A stretch of 64,000 nucleotides of DNA from positions 44,925 to 108,924 of the forward strand of contig DAOSOK010000009.1 in the NCBI GenBank assembly GCA_035373905.1. Reading direction: 5' to 3'. The notes beneath the pieces were generated by a model. It had not been told where the DNA came from and searched no databases. It saw only the letters and a list, made by a program, of their open reading frames with translations. Positions within the stretch are counted from its first letter, which is position 1, and each line of letters starts with the position of its first letter. The translations under genes and the position numbers were made by a program. This document shows, in pieces, positions 37,687-47,093 of the stretch. The DNA comes from Candidatus Ozemobacteraceae bacterium. Lineage in GTDB: Bacteria > Muiribacteriota > Ozemobacteria > Ozemobacterales > Ozemobacteraceae.

Positions 37687-38130
37687 ATGCCCTTCTCGAA
37701 AGCCGACCGGGAGAAACTGCTTGCCCTCTTCGAAAGCGAGGAGGGCCGGCAGGACACCCAGCTTCTCCTGCAGAACGCCGGGAAGATTCTCGGTGACGAC
37801 GCATTCGTGACCGAACTCCTGCTCACGACCTGGCAGGAGCGACTCATGAGCGAGATCGCGAATGCCCAGGAGACCTGGTTCTCCGCTCTGGGCTGGTGGC
37901 TCGCGCGCGTCCTCATCTGGACGTCGCTCGCCGCCGCCCTGATCGGCGTCTACATCGGTGGCTCACGCGTCGCTGACCCGCTCACGTGGGCGCTGCTCGG
38001 GGCGGCCGGGTATTACGCCGCCGTCCAGCTCCTCGCCCCCTTCCGCCTCCGCAAGGAGCGGCGGCATCTCGAAGCGGCTCTCGCAGCCCGCCGCGAAGCC
38101 CTCGCTGAGATCATTCAGAAATATCGGTGA
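37687..38130 (+). CDS. Hypothetical membrane protein (2 TM)
   Basis: GC3-biased ORF; two hydrophobic segments; no recognised family. Confidence 0.65.
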   Translation: MPFSKADREKLLALFESEEGRQDTQLLLQNAGKILGDDAFVTELLLTTWQERLMSEIANAQETWFSALGWWLARVLIWTSLAAALIGVYIGGSRVADPLTWALLGAAGYYAAVQLLAPFRLRKERRHLEAALAARREALAEIIQKYR

Positions 38131-38295
38131 CGACGCCGGGACGGGGTTCGGATTCTTCTGCCTTTTCTGGCCGGTATTTCCGCGGCGGTCGCCCTCGCAG
38201 CTGAGCGCGCCTGATCCGGTATCCAACGTTCGACGTGCAGAGGCGGTTGAAAACCTGAAAACCGGCGAGCTTGCCCTGCTGCACGGAATGGGGTA

Positions 38296-38324
38296 TTGAC
38301 CCCGGGAATGCGCTGCGGTACACT
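38296..38324 (+). promoter_or_regulatory. Sigma70 promoter (TTGACC-17-TACACT), 6 nt before ATG 38331, candidate leaderless
   Basis: Near-consensus elements; no Shine-Dalgarno. Confidence 0.6.
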
Positions 38325-38330
38325 GGATTC

Positions 38331-39812
38331 ATGCGTGTTTTCCGTTTCGCCTCTTTTCTCCTGGCGGTCATTCTCTTCGCCTCCCTTGCACATCCCGTCG
38401 AGGCGGCCACGCCGTGGAAGCGCCAGATGCGGATCGGCCTGTATCACCTGGGCGTGCCGCGCCAGTTCCAGGTGACCTCGGCCGACGGCCCGCTCGAGGT
38501 CTACGACCCGTTCAGCCGGACCGTTCTTCTCGCTGGTCCCGCATCGTCGGCGACCGTCATCTGCCTGAACGGCCACATGCAGGTCTCGATGCCCATGCAC
38601 GGCAGCGTCGCCGCCCCGTATCCCCTCGTGTTTTCCTCCCTCGGCCGCCGGAAGCCGGCCCTTCATATCTCCACGCCGCCGTATCGCGGAGAAACCTACC
38701 GGGGTTCGCTCGCCGTGGCCCCCTGGCGCGACCGCCTGTTCGCCGTCAACCTCGTCGATCTCGAAGAGTATCTCCGCTCCGTCGTCCCGGCCGAAATCGG
38801 CGGAAAGGCCCCGACGTCAGCGCTCGAAGCCCAGGCCGTCGCGGCCCGCTCGTATGCCCTCCGGAACCACCGCCGGCACGCCCCCAACGGCTTCGACCTC
38901 TGCGACGAGGTCCACTGCCAGGTCTACCGCGGCCTGCGCACCGAATCCGTTCCGTCGGGCCAGGCCGTCCAGCGAACGGCCGGCTGGGTACTCACCCACG
39001 GAGCCTACCTCGCCAACACCGTGTATCACGCGAACTGCGGCGGCCACCTTGCCTCATCGCAGGACGTCTGGAAAGGCGCCCCCGTTCCCTATCTCACCGG
39101 ACATCCCGACCGCATCGGCAGTCACGGGTTCTTCTGCGCTCCAGAGGAACAGAAGTCCGCCCCCGATTCGAAATCCCCCGCTGCAAAACCGGGCAAGACC
39201 GCCCCTGCAGCGGCTTCGAGCCACACCAGGAACCCGACGGAAAAGGCCGTTCGCCTCTCAACCGCAATGACCGGCCATCTCGCGCGCCACCCGAGCCGCG
39301 GTCACCGTGTCGGCCTTTGCCAGGACGGTGCGATCGGCATGGCAAAGGCCGGCTACAACGGCGCCGCCATCCTGAACTTTTACTACCCCGGGACGAACCT
39401 CTGCGTGATCTCGTCCAATCTCCAGCTCGCGCAGATGACGACAACCCCCTCTGCCCCATCCGCTCCTCCCGCCGCTCCCAGGTTCGGCTCGGGGGAAACA
39501 CGGTCGACAACGGCTGTCCGCAGGGCCACGCCGGCCAGGCACCAGCCCACGGAGCGCATCGCCAGGACCCCGGCGGCATCTTCCGAACCGAACGCCTTTT
39601 CCCTGAATCTCCGGAAGTGGTTCTGGACAGCATTGTCGCCCCACGCTTCGCCCTCCGACACGAAGATCGCCTCTGCCCCTCTCCCGAAAGCCGACCGGAA
39701 GAAAATCTCCGGCGAACCGAAGAAAAAAATCCTCCTCTCCTCGGCCATCCGCACCCCGAAAGGCGGCGGCAGGAGCTCGAGCAAATCCACACGCAGGAAC
39801 GCACGCCGATGA
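38331..39812 (+). CDS. SpoIID/LytB-domain lytic transglycosylase-like protein with a basic low-complexity tail
   Basis: VNLVDLEEYLRSVVPAE, ALEAQAVAARSYA, DLCDEVHCQVY, GHRVGLCQDGA...ILNFYYPG; signal peptide from MRVFRF. Confidence 0.85.
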   Translation: MRVFRFASFLLAVILFASLAHPVEAATPWKRQMRIGLYHLGVPRQFQVTSADGPLEVYDPFSRTVLLAGPASSATVICLNGHMQVSMPMHGSVAAPYPLVFSSLGRRKPALHISTPPYRGETYRGSLAVAPWRDRLFAVNLVDLEEYLRSVVPAEIGGKAPTSALEAQAVAARSYALRNHRRHAPNGFDLCDEVHCQVYRGLRTESVPSGQAVQRTAGWVLTHGAYLANTVYHANCGGHLASSQDVWKGAPVPYLTGHPDRIGSHGFFCAPEEQKSAPDSKSPAAKPGKTAPAAASSHTRNPTEKAVRLSTAMTGHLARHPSRGHRVGLCQDGAIGMAKAGYNGAAILNFYYPGTNLCVISSNLQLAQMTTTPSAPSAPPAAPRFGSGETRSTTAVRRATPARHQPTERIARTPAASSEPNAFSLNLRKWFWTALSPHASPSDTKIASAPLPKADRKKISGEPKKKILLSSAIRTPKGGGRSSSKSTRRNARR

Positions 39813-41509
39813 TCTCCGAACTCCAACTCGAACACTTCCTCTTCATGCCGGACGCCCATATCGAGTTCACGCCCGGCCTCAACGTCATCACCGGCGAAAC
39901 GGGCGCCGGCAAGAGCATCCTGCTCGAAGCCGTCAAGCTCATCCTCGGGAAAAAAGCCCGCAGCGGCCTTGTCCTTCCCGGCAGGCCGTCCGCCCGCCTT
40001 CAGGCCCGCTTCGACCTGTCCGGCGAGCCGGCCCTCAAGAGCCGGCTCGCCGACGCCGGGCTTCTGAACGACGACGATCCCGACACGCTGCTGATCTCAC
40101 GCACCTTCAAGGCGGAGGGCAGCGACAAGCTCCTGATCAACGGCATCATGACGACGTCGGCGGCCCTGCGCGACCTGGGCGGTCTGTTGATGGAGATCCA
40201 CGGCCAGAACGAGCACCAGACCCTGCTCGTCCCCGAGGTCCAGCGGCACCTGCTCGACCGGATGGGCGGCGACGCGCATCAGAAGCTGCTGACCGTCCTC
40301 TCCTCGGCATATACCGAGCACGAGCGCATCCGACGCGAGCTCGAGCATCTCGAGCAGCGTCTGGAATCTGGCGCCGCGAGGCTCGACCAGGTGAACGCCG
40401 CCCTCCAGGACCTCGAGGCTCTCCGGCTGACCGACCCGGCCGAAGAGGAGCAGCTCAAGGAGGAGTGTCACAAGCTCGCGCACGCCGAACAGCTGTCTGA
40501 ATCTATAGCTGACGTTATCCATGCTCTCGAGGGCGACGACGAGGAGAGTGGCGCGCTCAGGAGCCTCCATCGGGCCCGGGAAGCCGCCGTGAAGGCGGGA
40601 GGAATCGATCCCCGGCTCATGCCCTTCGCCGAGAGGCTCGAAGCCCTGTATTATGAAGCAAGTGATATAGAAAGCAGTTTCCGTCGCGAAGCGGACGTCG
40701 AATACGATCCGAAGCGACTCTCCCTCGTTCAATCCCGCCTCTCCGCCTTCCAGCAGGCGTGCCGTCGTCACCGCACAGATTTCACAGGGCTATTCGGCCT
40801 GATCGAGAGCATGAAACGCGAAGTCGCCGAACTCACCGCGCCGGACTCGACCCGGAACAGGCTGAAGCATGCCCTCACAGAGGCCGCGACCCACTTGGCG
40901 AAAGCCGCCGGCGATGTGACGAAAGCCCGGAAAGCGATTGCCGCCCGTCTCGAAAAGCAGGTTTCAACGGTCATGGAGCAGCTCGGGTTCAATGCCGCCC
41001 GCTTTACCATCGAGATGAAGCCCGTTCAGATCGGGCCGGCCGGCCAGGAGAGCATCGAGTTTCTCGTCGCGCTCAATCCAGGCGCTCCAGGCGGCCCGCT
41101 CCGCAAGATCGCCTCTGGGGGCGAGTTGTCCCGCGTCGCGCTCGCGCTCAAGCAGGTCCTCGCCGAAGGCGACGACCTGCCGACCCTGTTGTTCGACGAG
41201 ATCGACGCAGGGATCGGCGGCACAACGGCAGAAGCGGTCGCCGAAAGTCTCGAGCGGCTTTCGCGAAAGAAGCAGGTGGTGCTGGTGACGCACCTTCACC
41301 AGATCGCCAAGGAGGCGGACAGGCACTTCACGGTCACCAAGCAGGTGGTCGGAGGCGAGACCGTCGTCAGGATCGGGGAGGTTCGCAAATCCGAGCGCGA
41401 GGCAGAGATCGCCCGAATGCTCGGCCGCACGGGAGCCGAAGGCCTAGCCTTCGCGAAGGCCCTTTTGCGCCGAGAACAGGCTCCCAAAGCGGATGCGCGG
41501 GCCTCATAG
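39809..41509 (+). CDS. recN: DNA repair protein RecN
   Basis: Start ATG 39809 (MISELQL); ITGETGAGKS, IHGQNEHQ, IASGGELSR, LFDEIDAGIGG, VTHLHQIA. Confidence 0.95.
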   Translation: MISELQLEHFLFMPDAHIEFTPGLNVITGETGAGKSILLEAVKLILGKKARSGLVLPGRPSARLQARFDLSGEPALKSRLADAGLLNDDDPDTLLISRTFKAEGSDKLLINGIMTTSAALRDLGGLLMEIHGQNEHQTLLVPEVQRHLLDRMGGDAHQKLLTVLSSAYTEHERIRRELEHLEQRLESGAARLDQVNAALQDLEALRLTDPAEEEQLKEECHKLAHAEQLSESIADVIHALEGDDEESGALRSLHRAREAAVKAGGIDPRLMPFAERLEALYYEASDIESSFRREADVEYDPKRLSLVQSRLSAFQQACRRHRTDFTGLFGLIESMKREVAELTAPDSTRNRLKHALTEAATHLAKAAGDVTKARKAIAARLEKQVSTVMEQLGFNAARFTIEMKPVQIGPAGQESIEFLVALNPGAPGGPLRKIASGGELSRVALALKQVLAEGDDLPTLLFDEIDAGIGGTTAEAVAESLERLSRKKQVVLVTHLHQIAKEADRHFTVTKQVVGGETVVRIGEVRKSEREAEIARMLGRTGAEGLAFAKALLRREQAPKADARAS

Positions 41510-41622
41510 CGGGGAAAAGGTGAATTTTCCTCATTTTTTTTTGCCGTACCCCTTGCGCATACCGTAAAAAATATGTTACAAGATTAGCACCATCACATCA
41601 TTCTGATCGAGGAGGTTCCCCC

Positions 41623-41904
41623 GTGAACAAGCAGGATCTCTTGAAGACCGTCGCTAAGAAGGCCGCCATCACCAACGTCGAATCCGAAGCCGTCCTGAAG
41701 GCTTTTGTTGATTCCGTCAAAGACACCCTGAAGAAGGGTGACAAGGTTCAGCTGGTCGGCTTCGGTTCCTTCGTGACCGTGAAGCGCGCGGCTCGCAAGG
41801 GTGTCAACCCCAAGACCAAGAAGGCCATCAATATCCCGGCCAAGCCCGTTGCCAAGTTCGTCCCCGGCAAGGAGCTGAAGGACCAGGTCAACAAGGGTAA
41901 ATAA
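41623..41904 (+). CDS. hup: HU-family nucleoid DNA-binding protein
   Basis: MNKQDLL...GDKVQLVGFGSF...RKGVNPKT...KFVPGKELKD; strong RBS GAGGAGG; GTG start. Confidence 0.95.
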   Translation: MNKQDLLKTVAKKAAITNVESEAVLKAFVDSVKDTLKKGDKVQLVGFGSFVTVKRAARKGVNPKTKKAINIPAKPVAKFVPGKELKDQVNKGK

Positions 41905-41911
41905 TCACCTT

Positions 41912-41950
41912 TATAAAAACAGGGCACCGTTCCGGTGCCCTGTTTTTATA
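41912..41950. terminator. Bidirectional intrinsic terminator between hup and the pseudopilin genes
   Basis: 18-bp inverted repeat TATAAAAACAGGGCACCG / CGGTGCCCTGTTTTTATA with A/T tails on both sides. Confidence 0.85.
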
Positions 41951-41959
41951 TTTCGCGAA

Positions 41960-42355
41960 TTATTTGAATCGTTCGTATGGAATTCCGCCCACAGACGTGC
42001 CACGACTCGACGAGCGGACCTCGAATAGGCCGTCGCGACTCAGCACCGTCCAGTCGGCGTTTCCCGTCATGGGATCTCTGTAGATCCGCCGCAGAAACCG
42101 CCGCCCTTCCCCGTCGCGGCATAGTTCGTCGAGGGTAAGCGGTTGGCGGCCGTTCGCCGCCGCGAAGCGTTCCGCCGCACGGCGGAACTCCCCGAGGGCG
42201 AACCGCAGTTCATCCTCTTTTGCCCGCCGAGCCTCGTTGTTCGCCCGAGGCAAAATGAGCGACAGGGAAAAACCCAGGATGAGAAGGACGACGGTCAGCG
42301 ACAGCAAGGCGACGCCCCGCCTTTCCCCCTTCCCGCGCAGGTCACCACGCGGCAT
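41960..42355 (-). CDS. Type II secretion / type IV pilin-like minor pseudopilin
   Basis: Class III-like signal RRG|VALLSLTVVLL (no Glu5); RAKEDELRFALGEFRRA...LTLDEL...FLRRIYRDPMTG; start taken at MPRGDL. Confidence 0.7.
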   Translation of the reverse strand: MPRGDLRGKGERRGVALLSLTVVLLILGFSLSLILPRANNEARRAKEDELRFALGEFRRAAERFAAANGRQPLTLDELCRDGEGRRFLRRIYRDPMTGNADWTVLSRDGLFEVRSSSRGTSVGGIPYERFK

Positions 42356-42728
42356 AGGCGCTCCCGTCGCTCGATGCCCCGGTCGCGCCGGAGCGGATGT
42401 CGAACACGTCGGCAAGGCCGTCTTCGGAGGGGATCGTTTTCCACGTATCGGTCTTTCCCGTGATGGGATCGGCGGGGATCGAGCGAATGTATCCATCCCG
42501 GACGAGGGCGTCGAGACCTTCCGGCCAGGCGCCGCGGTCGCGATAATACTGGTCGAGCACCTTGCGCATGACGTGCAGATCCTCTTTCAGCGCGATCTCG
42601 CGGGTTTTCTGGATCGTCGAGCCGTACATGGGGGCAACGGTGAAATACAGAATGCCGATGATGGCGACGACCACGCTCATCTCGATGAGCGTGAAACCGC
42701 GCGCCCGCTTTCTCAGACAGCATCTCAT
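42342..42728 (-). CDS. GspG-like pseudopilin
   Basis: RG|FTLIEMSVVVAIIGIL N-methylation motif; YYRDRGAWPEGLDALVRDGYIRSIPADPIT. Confidence 0.85.
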   Translation of the reverse strand: MRCCLRKRARGFTLIEMSVVVAIIGILYFTVAPMYGSTIQKTREIALKEDLHVMRKVLDQYYRDRGAWPEGLDALVRDGYIRSIPADPITGKTDTWKTIPSEDGLADVFDIRSGATGASSDGSAYAAW

Positions 42729-43765
42729 GCGCTCTTCACCCCGCGGTACATCGCCATGAACGCTTCGATGACCTCCTTGGGCATGCCGTCCCGAACGAGA
42801 CCCCCGGCGCTCTGCTCGAACGTGATGCTGCCTTCTCCGGCACTTCGCATGTTCGGTTCAATCTGATTGACGCGCCCCTTCTGGAGAATGCCGCTGATGG
42901 TGGAGTTCGACACGAGCAATTCGTGAATCGGCTTGAGTTGTTTCTGCCCTGGATGCAGAAGAAGCGCCTGGGAACAGACGCCGAGCAGCCCGTTGGCCAG
43001 AACGTTGCCGATATAGGAACGATCGCTTTCCGGGAAGGCAAACAGAATTTTTTCGAGCGTGTTCTGGACGCCGAGCGTCTGCATCGACAGAATGACCAGG
43101 TGCCCCCCCGCGAGATAGTCCAAAATGCCGCGGTACGGCAGTTCGCGCTTGAGATCGCCGATCACGAGGGCATCCACATCCATCCGCTTGGCGAAGGTGA
43201 GGCCGGATTCGATGGACTGGAGATCCTTTCCAAACTGTCGCTGGGTGATGCGGGCCTTCTTCGACTCGAACGAAAACTCGATGGGATCTTCGATCAGCAG
43301 GATATGCGCGGGTCGCGTCTGATTGATTCTTTCGACGAACGCCCCGAGCGAGGTCGAGATCCCGGATCGGCATGGCCCCGCGAAGATGAACAGTCCCGCT
43401 TTCGCCTGGGTCAACGGTTCGAGAGCCGCCGGAATGCCTATGTCGGCGAAACTCGGAACGGCTTTCCGGATGAGCTTGACGATCGCCATCGTTTCCGACT
43501 GCGCCTGGAAGAGAATCAAACGGTAGTTGCAGGGCGGGTTTCCGAAGAAGTTGCCTTCGAATGAGCGCTGCTGAGCGAACTTCGTCTGATCGGCGGGCGT
43601 CAGACATTCCTTCACGATGCCGTTGATGTCCGCGCTCTGAACGGCAGGCATCGAGAGTTTGCGGAGAAACTTGTTCTGTCTGAAGAGCGGAGGGGAGCCG
43701 ACTTTCAGATGAATCTCGGTTCCGCCCTGTTCCATGACCGTTGTCATCAGCTGTTTCAGTTCCAT
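42725..43765 (-). CDS. PilT-like protein, catalytically degenerate
   Basis: PilT N-domain (EIHLKVGSPPLFR), IEDPIE; Walker A GPCRSGIST (Lys lost), Walker B VIGDLK, His box HLVILSMQT. Confidence 0.8.
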   Translation of the reverse strand: MELKQLMTTVMEQGGTEIHLKVGSPPLFRQNKFLRKLSMPAVQSADINGIVKECLTPADQTKFAQQRSFEGNFFGNPPCNYRLILFQAQSETMAIVKLIRKAVPSFADIGIPAALEPLTQAKAGLFIFAGPCRSGISTSLGAFVERINQTRPAHILLIEDPIEFSFESKKARITQRQFGKDLQSIESGLTFAKRMDVDALVIGDLKRELPYRGILDYLAGGHLVILSMQTLGVQNTLEKILFAFPESDRSYIGNVLANGLLGVCSQALLLHPGQKQLKPIHELLVSNSTISGILQKGRVNQIEPNMRSAGEGSITFEQSAGGLVRDGMPKEVIEAFMAMYRGVKSA

Positions 43766-43772
43766 GACACCC

Positions 43773-44834
43773 TCACTTCCGCGTGAACCGGCCCGTCATC
43801 TCGTGCGGATCGTCTGCGTAGGCGATCGCCGTCTGGGGCGTTATCAGGTTTTTCTGGACCATCGAGGCCAGGTGGCGGTCGAAGGTCTGCATGCCGGAAG
43901 CGTTGTCCTGTTCCTGGATCGTCCGGAGCATGACGAGATTTTCGTTTCTGATCAGGGTCTTGACCTGGGGAGTGTTCACGAGAATGTCGAAGGCGGCGGT
44001 TCGTCCGTGGTTATCGAACTTCGGCACCAGCTTTTGGCCGATGACCATGGAAACGTGCGTCGCCAGCTTTCCCTTGAGACCATCCCGCTCGGCCGCCTGC
44101 CGCGAATAGATGATCCGCTCGAGAATCTGCGAACAGCTCCCGCCGTCGGTCGCACCGATGACCATGCAGCCCGACTCGCACAGGAACAGGGCCTCGTCGA
44201 GCGCGTCGCTGTAGTTGAGCGAATCGGTGACCACCACGTCGGGATCGAGCCGGTATGCGGCGGACAGCCCGCTGTAAAAGTTCGGCACGTCGAGCGGGAT
44301 CGCGCGCTGAATGAAGGTGGACCGGTCATCCTTGAACTTGATCTCGACCGGGTTCTCGACGGTGATGATGTTCTTTTCGAAGTGCGTGTTGATGAAATCG
44401 AGAAGCGAGGCGATCGTCGTCGTCTTTCCGTGCCCCGACGGACTTCCGACGATGACGAGACCGGACGTCTTTGCCAGCGATTTCTTGATCGGATCCGGCA
44501 GTCCGAGTTCGGCGAATTTCGGCGGCGTCATGGGGATGACGCGAATGGAGAGGGCGAACTTGCCGCGGTCGAAAAAGACGGAAAAACGGTATCTGCCTTC
44601 GGTGCCGCGCTCCCATGCGTAGTTCACCTGACGATGCTTCCCGAGGATCTCCCGGGCGCGCGGAGAACTGGTGGCGAGGATGATCTTCTTCACGTCGTCT
44701 TCGGAAAATTCCGTGCCGACCATCTTCTGCAGAACGCCGTTCACCCGGATAAAGGGATTTTCACCGGGGTAGATGTGGAGATCGGACGCCTTGCTCGCGG
44801 CGATCTCGTTCAGGATCCTGTATAACGTTTCCAT
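43773..44834 (-). CDS. PilT-like protein, degenerate Walker B and His box
   Basis: ASDLHI, GSPSGHGKTT intact; VENPVE, DPDVVVTDSL (Glu lost), CMVIGATDG (His residues lost). Confidence 0.8.
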   Translation of the reverse strand: METLYRILNEIAASKASDLHIYPGENPFIRVNGVLQKMVGTEFSEDDVKKIILATSSPRAREILGKHRQVNYAWERGTEGRYRFSVFFDRGKFALSIRVIPMTPPKFAELGLPDPIKKSLAKTSGLVIVGSPSGHGKTTTIASLLDFINTHFEKNIITVENPVEIKFKDDRSTFIQRAIPLDVPNFYSGLSAAYRLDPDVVVTDSLNYSDALDEALFLCESGCMVIGATDGGSCSQILERIIYSRQAAERDGLKGKLATHVSMVIGQKLVPKFDNHGRTAAFDILVNTPQVKTLIRNENLVMLRTIQEQDNASGMQTFDRHLASMVQKNLITPQTAIAYADDPHEMTGRFTRK

Positions 44835-44918
44835 TCCAGAGACCTCTCTCGGTCGAATGTCGGATCAGTCGTTCTCCCCTATCGGCAGGAAGCGACGAAA
44901 CGTACACGGTCCTTCCGG

Positions 44919-47093
44919 TCAATCTTCGAGTTTCTGCAGAAGCTCTTCGACGTTGCGGAATACGCGGCTGTCGGGGGGAAGGCTTTTCTTCAGCTCCTTG
45001 AGGAGCCTGAGCGCAGAGGCGTGCTCCCTGACCGCGTAATACGAGAGGGCAAGGTGGTAGCAGGACGACAGGTCGCGGGCGTTCTCGCGGATCGCCAGGT
45101 TCAGCGACTCGATCGCCTTCTGGTATTTCTTGAGGTGGAAGTAGGCAAGGCCCAGCGCGCCGTGAACCTGGCCAAGGGTTTTCCGGTCCTCGGCGGGGAT
45201 GTGCTTGCGGATGCGCTCGTAGAGTTCGAGCAGGGGCGTCCACTGCTTCTTCCGGAAATAAATCTGTCCGAGCATCAGGGCCCCGGCGACATGGGACGGC
45301 GTTTTCTCCATGAGCGTCGTCAGGCAGGGCAACGCCTTGTCGGGCTCGTTCCGCTTGAAATGCACCTGCGCCAGGTTGTAGAGGGCTTCAGGATGCTGAG
45401 GGAAGGCGGCGGCGAACCGCTCGAAGAACGCCAGCGCATCGCCAAGCCGGCCGCTTTCCATGAGGGCAACGCCCTGGGAAAGAGAATCTAAACTTATCGA
45501 TATATTCTGAGGCGCGCCGGGGGGCATGCCGAGGCCGGCGACGCCTTCCATATCTTTCGCGACTTCGACGGCGAGCGACTCGCGCAGGCGCGTCGAGTAT
45601 TCGTCGACGTTCTTGATGAACGCTCCGATGTCTCCCGAGACGCGGATGAGGGGAAGGAGCTCGTCATCTCTCGTCTTCTCGCCAAGAAGGGACGCCAGCT
45701 CGGCGAAGACGGACAGGTCGCCATGGAGCAGCAGGGCGATGTAGAATTCGCGCATGTTTTCTTCGCTCGCGGCGCCGACGAACCGCTTGGCTTCGGCGAT
45801 GGCCTCGCGGGCGTCGAGGTGGCCGAGGGCGGAGATCAGGCGCGGCAGGCCTTCCTCCGGCTCGGATTTGATCTTCTGCAAGATCAGCGGGACGCACGCG
45901 TTCGCATGACGCTCGACGAAGAAGGCGAGCATGCTTTCCCAGACCGGGGGGGCGGATTCGTCCTTGAACGCATCGAGCACCTGCTGAACGGGAAAGCCGG
46001 GCACCTTGCGGGCACAGTCGACGGCCTCGCGCCGCACCCACTGGTTCGGATCGCGAAGCAGAGGAACGATGCGGCTCTGGCCGACTTCGGTCTCAAGCGC
46101 GAGTACCGCCTTCAGGGCCATCTTGCGAACGACGTAGGCTTCGTCGGCAAGCAGGCGGTCGATGAGAGCGTCGCGGCCCTTGATGTGGACCCGTGACAGC
46201 ACGTAAGCCGCCGAACGCCTGGTCGGGATGTCGGTGCTCGCGAGCATCGCATCCACTTCCTCGATCACTTTCGTCTCGTCGGCCTTTGCGAGCGCGATGC
46301 AGACGTTGGCGCGGACGCGGTTGTTCGGATGGGAAAAGAACTTTTTCAGCTTGCGACGCATTTCGAGCGCGGGAATCTTCAGCATCGCGATGGCCTCAAC
46401 CGCATTCGCCTGGATGCGCGGATCGAACGACTCGAGGCCCTTCTCGAAGATGTGGAGCAGTTGCGGCTCCGCGAACGTGGCGAGGGAGGAGATCATGATG
46501 GCTTTCAGCCGCGGATCTCGGGCGATCTCGAACTGGCCGACCAGGGCCGGGATCGCTTCGGCTTCCTTGAGTCGCGACAGGATCTCGAGGACGTTGATGA
46601 CGATCCATTCGTCGGGGTCGGAAAGAAGCCTGCAGAGGCTCTGCGCCACGTCTCGGCCGCCGATGCGGTAGAGCGCCCAGGCGGCCTCGTAGCGAACCAT
46701 GCGGTCCTCGTCGCGGAGAAGTTCCATGAGCTTCTTGCCGGCCATGGGATCGCCGATCACGCCGAGCACGCGGACGATCTCCTCTTTGAAGGGGTGTTCG
46801 GGATCGTCGAGAAGTTCGAGGAGGCGCTGAACCGGCGTGCTGTCGCGCAGGTGGCCGAGGGCCGTGATCGGCTCGATCCGTTCGGGCCAGCCGTCGAGGG
46901 CGTTGCACATGACGTCGAGAACGGCCGGGTCGCCGATCTTGCCGAGCGCAAGAAGCGCCTCGGTCTTCAGCTCTTCGGCGGCGCCGGGACTCAGTACGGT
47001 CGCCGAGAGCCGCTCGGTCACGGGGCGAAACAGTCGTCGGGCGGCCTTGATGAAGCGGAAGGGTTCGATCTCGTGAAGGTCGGCCCCGGTCAT
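44919..47093 (-). CDS. HEAT(PBS-lyase-like)-repeat plus C-terminal TPR protein
   Basis: Repeated units (DEDRMVRYEAAWAL, DPRIQANAVEAI, PNNRVRANVCIAL), then TPRs (EALYNLAQVHF, GALGLAYFHLKKYQKA). Confidence 0.85.
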   Translation of the reverse strand: MTGADLHEIEPFRFIKAARRLFRPVTERLSATVLSPGAAEELKTEALLALGKIGDPAVLDVMCNALDGWPERIEPITALGHLRDSTPVQRLLELLDDPEHPFKEEIVRVLGVIGDPMAGKKLMELLRDEDRMVRYEAAWALYRIGGRDVAQSLCRLLSDPDEWIVINVLEILSRLKEAEAIPALVGQFEIARDPRLKAIMISSLATFAEPQLLHIFEKGLESFDPRIQANAVEAIAMLKIPALEMRRKLKKFFSHPNNRVRANVCIALAKADETKVIEEVDAMLASTDIPTRRSAAYVLSRVHIKGRDALIDRLLADEAYVVRKMALKAVLALETEVGQSRIVPLLRDPNQWVRREAVDCARKVPGFPVQQVLDAFKDESAPPVWESMLAFFVERHANACVPLILQKIKSEPEEGLPRLISALGHLDAREAIAEAKRFVGAASEENMREFYIALLLHGDLSVFAELASLLGEKTRDDELLPLIRVSGDIGAFIKNVDEYSTRLRESLAVEVAKDMEGVAGLGMPPGAPQNISISLDSLSQGVALMESGRLGDALAFFERFAAAFPQHPEALYNLAQVHFKRNEPDKALPCLTTLMEKTPSHVAGALMLGQIYFRKKQWTPLLELYERIRKHIPAEDRKTLGQVHGALGLAYFHLKKYQKAIESLNLAIRENARDLSSCYHLALSYYAVREHASALRLLKELKKSLPPDSRVFRNVEELLQKLED

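Noticed and set aside
38414-39808. Apparent 465-aa N-terminal extension of RecN (ORF track 38414-41509); similarly 33311-34495 ahead of permease 2
   Set aside because: These are out-of-frame overlaps with the real spoIID-like and permease 1 genes. The true starts are ATG 39809 and ATG 34496, each overlapping the upstream stop.
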